A stretch of DNA of 63,190 nucleotides, the filler included, from Octopus bimaculoides (lineage: Eukaryota), in assembly GCF_001194135.2 (NCBI RefSeq). It is 8 parts of 8 records of this genome, joined end to end, with 100 filler letters (N's around TTAATTAATTAA, not from the genome) between each part and the next. Parts side by side here need not be neighbours in the genome. Positions count along the whole stretch, not along the records: positions 59,204 to 63,190 come from NC_068991.1; 7 more parts are not named here. One strand, given 5' to 3'. A program made the position numbers and the translations under genes. Of the stretch, positions 62,793-63,190 are shown in pieces. Numbering within the stretch: position 1 is the first letter of the stretch; each line of letters begins with the position of its first letter. The notes under the pieces were generated by a model. It saw only the letters and a list, made by a program, of their open reading frames with translations. It did no database searches and was not told the origin of the DNA.

Positions 62793-63046
62793 CAATGGTT
62801 CCCAAACTTTTTTTATGCATGGTGCACCTTACAAGAAGTCAAAATATTTGGTGCACTTTGTACATAAATTCTAAAATTTATTCAAAAGGGATTTTATACA
62901 TATTAGCATAGCATAAACCAGTGGTTCCCAAACTTCTTTTTATGTACAGCGCACCTTACAAAAAGTCAAAATATTTTGTAGCACTTTGTACATAAATTCT
63001 AAAATTTATTCAAATGGGATTTTATTCATGTCAACATAGCATAAAC
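62793..63046 (+). repeat. tandem 126-bp duplication of a hAT-like terminus
   Basis: CA(A/G)TGGTTCCCAAAC..GCACCTTACAA.AAGTCAAAATATT..GCATAAAC at 62793 and 62919. Confidence 0.85.
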
Positions 63047-63190
63047 TACAAAGTAATATATAAATAATTTAAAATACAGAAAAATGGCATGTATTTACTC
63101 TTTATTCAATATATGATGCAAAGTTATCAATGAGAAACATGCACTTGATGTTTTTTGGAAACGTTTTCAATCATCATCATGATCATCATC

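Overview
AT-rich, microsatellite-saturated animal genomic DNA from a gapped draft scaffold. The repeat complement (tRNA-derived SINEs, RTE and R4/Dong-type LINEs, Tigger and mariner relics) resembles octopus; the taxon is an inference. I recognise no intact host gene, tRNA, rRNA or CRISPR array, and almost all ORFs in the track are microsatellite or N-gap artefacts. Recognisable coding sequence is transposon-derived: RTE reverse transcriptase with a PHD-type finger (22.75-23.15 kb), a SINE-interrupted Tigger transposase (25.7-27.6 kb), a mariner transposase (33.3-34.0 kb), several restriction-like-endonuclease LINE fragments, and an RTE 3' end with three C2H2 remnants (53 kb). The most notable structural feature is about nine fold-back or inverted-repeat elements (80-825 bp), plus nearby opposed SINE pairs. 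These would be dsRNA/ADAR substrates if the region is transcribed. A few unannotated candidate exons have strong splice signals, the best being a signal-peptide-like exon at 38238-38345. I found no convincing novel multi-gene system. SINE family letters A-G are my own working labels, and repeat boundaries are approximate.
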